NCBI GenBank assembly: GCA_026395965.1
Contig: JAPLXS010000006.1
Coordinates: 118,683 to 182,682, forward strand
Direction: 5' to 3'
DNA from: Candidatus Nomurabacteria bacterium
Lineage (GTDB): Bacteria > Patescibacteriota > Minisyncoccia > Phycocordibacterales > UBA9973
Length of the DNA stretch: 64,000 bases
Part shown: in pieces, positions 62,987 through 64,000 of the stretch
How positions within the stretch are numbered: the stretch's first letter is position 1
How the letters are laid out: every line of letters begins with the position of its first letter
Program-made: the position numbers and the translations under genes
Notes under the pieces: model-generated
What the model was told of the DNA's origin: nothing
The model's database searches: none
What the model saw: only the letters and a program-made list of their open reading frames with translations

Positions 62987-63544
62987 TTAATTTAACCTAG
63001 AAATATATTTATAATTCAAAAGAATTGAAATAATAAATAATGACAGAGTAAGTGCCATAACTGGCATAGACACATAACCAAATTCATAAATATATCTAAT
63101 AGCACAAGATACCTCGGTAGTACTTGTTGGGTTTAGGGTTGCACAAGAAAGACTAGATGTTCCTCCATTTTCTATATATATATGATACAAAGAAGTAAGA
63201 GAACCAAGAGACGCGAAAGCAATACTAAAATCAACAATCGAGCGGTCTTTCTTATATAACTCCATTCCAAAAAGAACTAGCTGTGGATATAAAAATATTC
63301 TTTGTATCCAACAAAGTTCACATGGTGGGTATCCTACTATTTGAGAATAAAATAATGAAGTAACGACTGCACCAAGTGCAATTAAAAATCCAAAGATAAA
63401 TGTATATCTTTTGAAAAAGATTAAAGTTTTATTACTACGATTGCGAGCAAAAATTAAATTCGATACTAAAAGTATGATTATTAGTTGAATAATAATTGTC
63501 CCAATAGAAAGTATTTTATTTATTATATCTACGTATATTGGCAT
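62987..63544 (-). CDS. disulfide bond formation protein (DsbB/BdbC family)
   Basis: PPCELCWIQRIFLYP, second Cys pair, TM helices. Confidence 0.9.
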   Translation of the reverse strand: MPIYVDIINKILSIGTIIIQLIIILLVSNLIFARNRSNKTLIFFKRYTFIFGFLIALGAVVTSLFYSQIVGYPPCELCWIQRIFLYPQLVLFGMELYKKDRSIVDFSIAFASLGSLTSLYHIYIENGGTSSLSCATLNPTSTTEVSCAIRYIYEFGYVSMPVMALTLSLFIISILLNYKYISRLN

Positions 63545-63545
63545 A

Positions 63546-63923
63546 TTATTGAGTATAAGCACACTGTGTTTTGCTTGCTAAAGTAACGAGAGATAATTCT
63601 CCGGATAGACGGCTTGCGTCTGCAAAAATCCATGTTGGATATCCCTCTATTTTTTTATCTTTACAGATTTGATTTACACCTTGGCCGTCTGCAGTAGAAC
63701 ATTCGATATAAGGAAGATATTGTTTAGAAAAACCAAATAATTCTTTTTGTTTTTGGCAATGAGGACACCAAAATGCTCCATAAAACTCAGCACCGGAAGA
63801 TTTCAAACACTGAGCAAACCCATCCAACTTTCCAGGACCTTGTGTTCTTGTTCCAGAATAAATTCCAAGACCTCCGACAATAAGAACTGTTAATACTATA
63901 AATATAATAAATTTTGTTTTCAT
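63546..63923 (-). CDS. membrane-anchored thioredoxin-like oxidoreductase
   Basis: YGAFWCPHC, YIECS, IEGYPTW. Confidence 0.85.
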   Translation of the reverse strand: MKTKFIIFIVLTVLIVGGLGIYSGTRTQGPGKLDGFAQCLKSSGAEFYGAFWCPHCQKQKELFGFSKQYLPYIECSTADGQGVNQICKDKKIEGYPTWIFADASRLSGELSLVTLASKTQCAYTQ

Positions 63924-64000
63924 TTATCTATTGTATCAAAAACCTAGACGATACCATAGCCAAGAAAATGGGGCCTTTATTTTAATGACTATTTTATGAA

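Overview
AT-rich bacterial chromosomal segment, standard code 11. Gene content and style fit Patescibacteria/CPR, probably Parcubacteria: rplK with no rplA after it, a non-canonical EF-P loop, split comEC, GYAW-repeat surface proteins, and many apparently leaderless genes. That assignment is inference. Layout: 1-4.8 kb, phoH-like gene plus small self-contained promoter-ORF-terminator units and one pseudogene. 4.9-22 kb, a surface-glycosylation locus (priming transferase, Wzm/Wzt, double methyltransferase, GT2, GT6, GT11, gmd/fcl, O-antigen-ligase-like protein, S-layer-like protein) interrupted by three small nuclease cassettes. 22-42 kb, housekeeping genes (ftsK, recA, efp, rplK-nusG-secE, MacAB-like ABC, FKBP, fusA, rpsG, rpsL). 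42-51 kb, an operon of secreted fibre/adhesin proteins including a 1878-aa SNFFG-repeat protein with an S74 chaperone domain. 51-64 kb, housekeeping genes (rpmB, split comEC around sod, rnhA, recJ, HIT, pgk, tpiA, dsbB/thioredoxin). The most notable items are: a DUF3800 gene facing a promoter-driven three-way-junction small RNA; a NYN nuclease with a two-hairpin small RNA lying between an exact 84-bp duplication of the gmd 5' end; a GIY-YIG gene bracketed by 15-bp inverted repeats; and several dispersed palindrome families with compensatory changes. No rRNA, intact tRNA, CRISPR array, transposase or reverse transcriptase was recognised. All family calls come from motif recognition by eye, not database searches.
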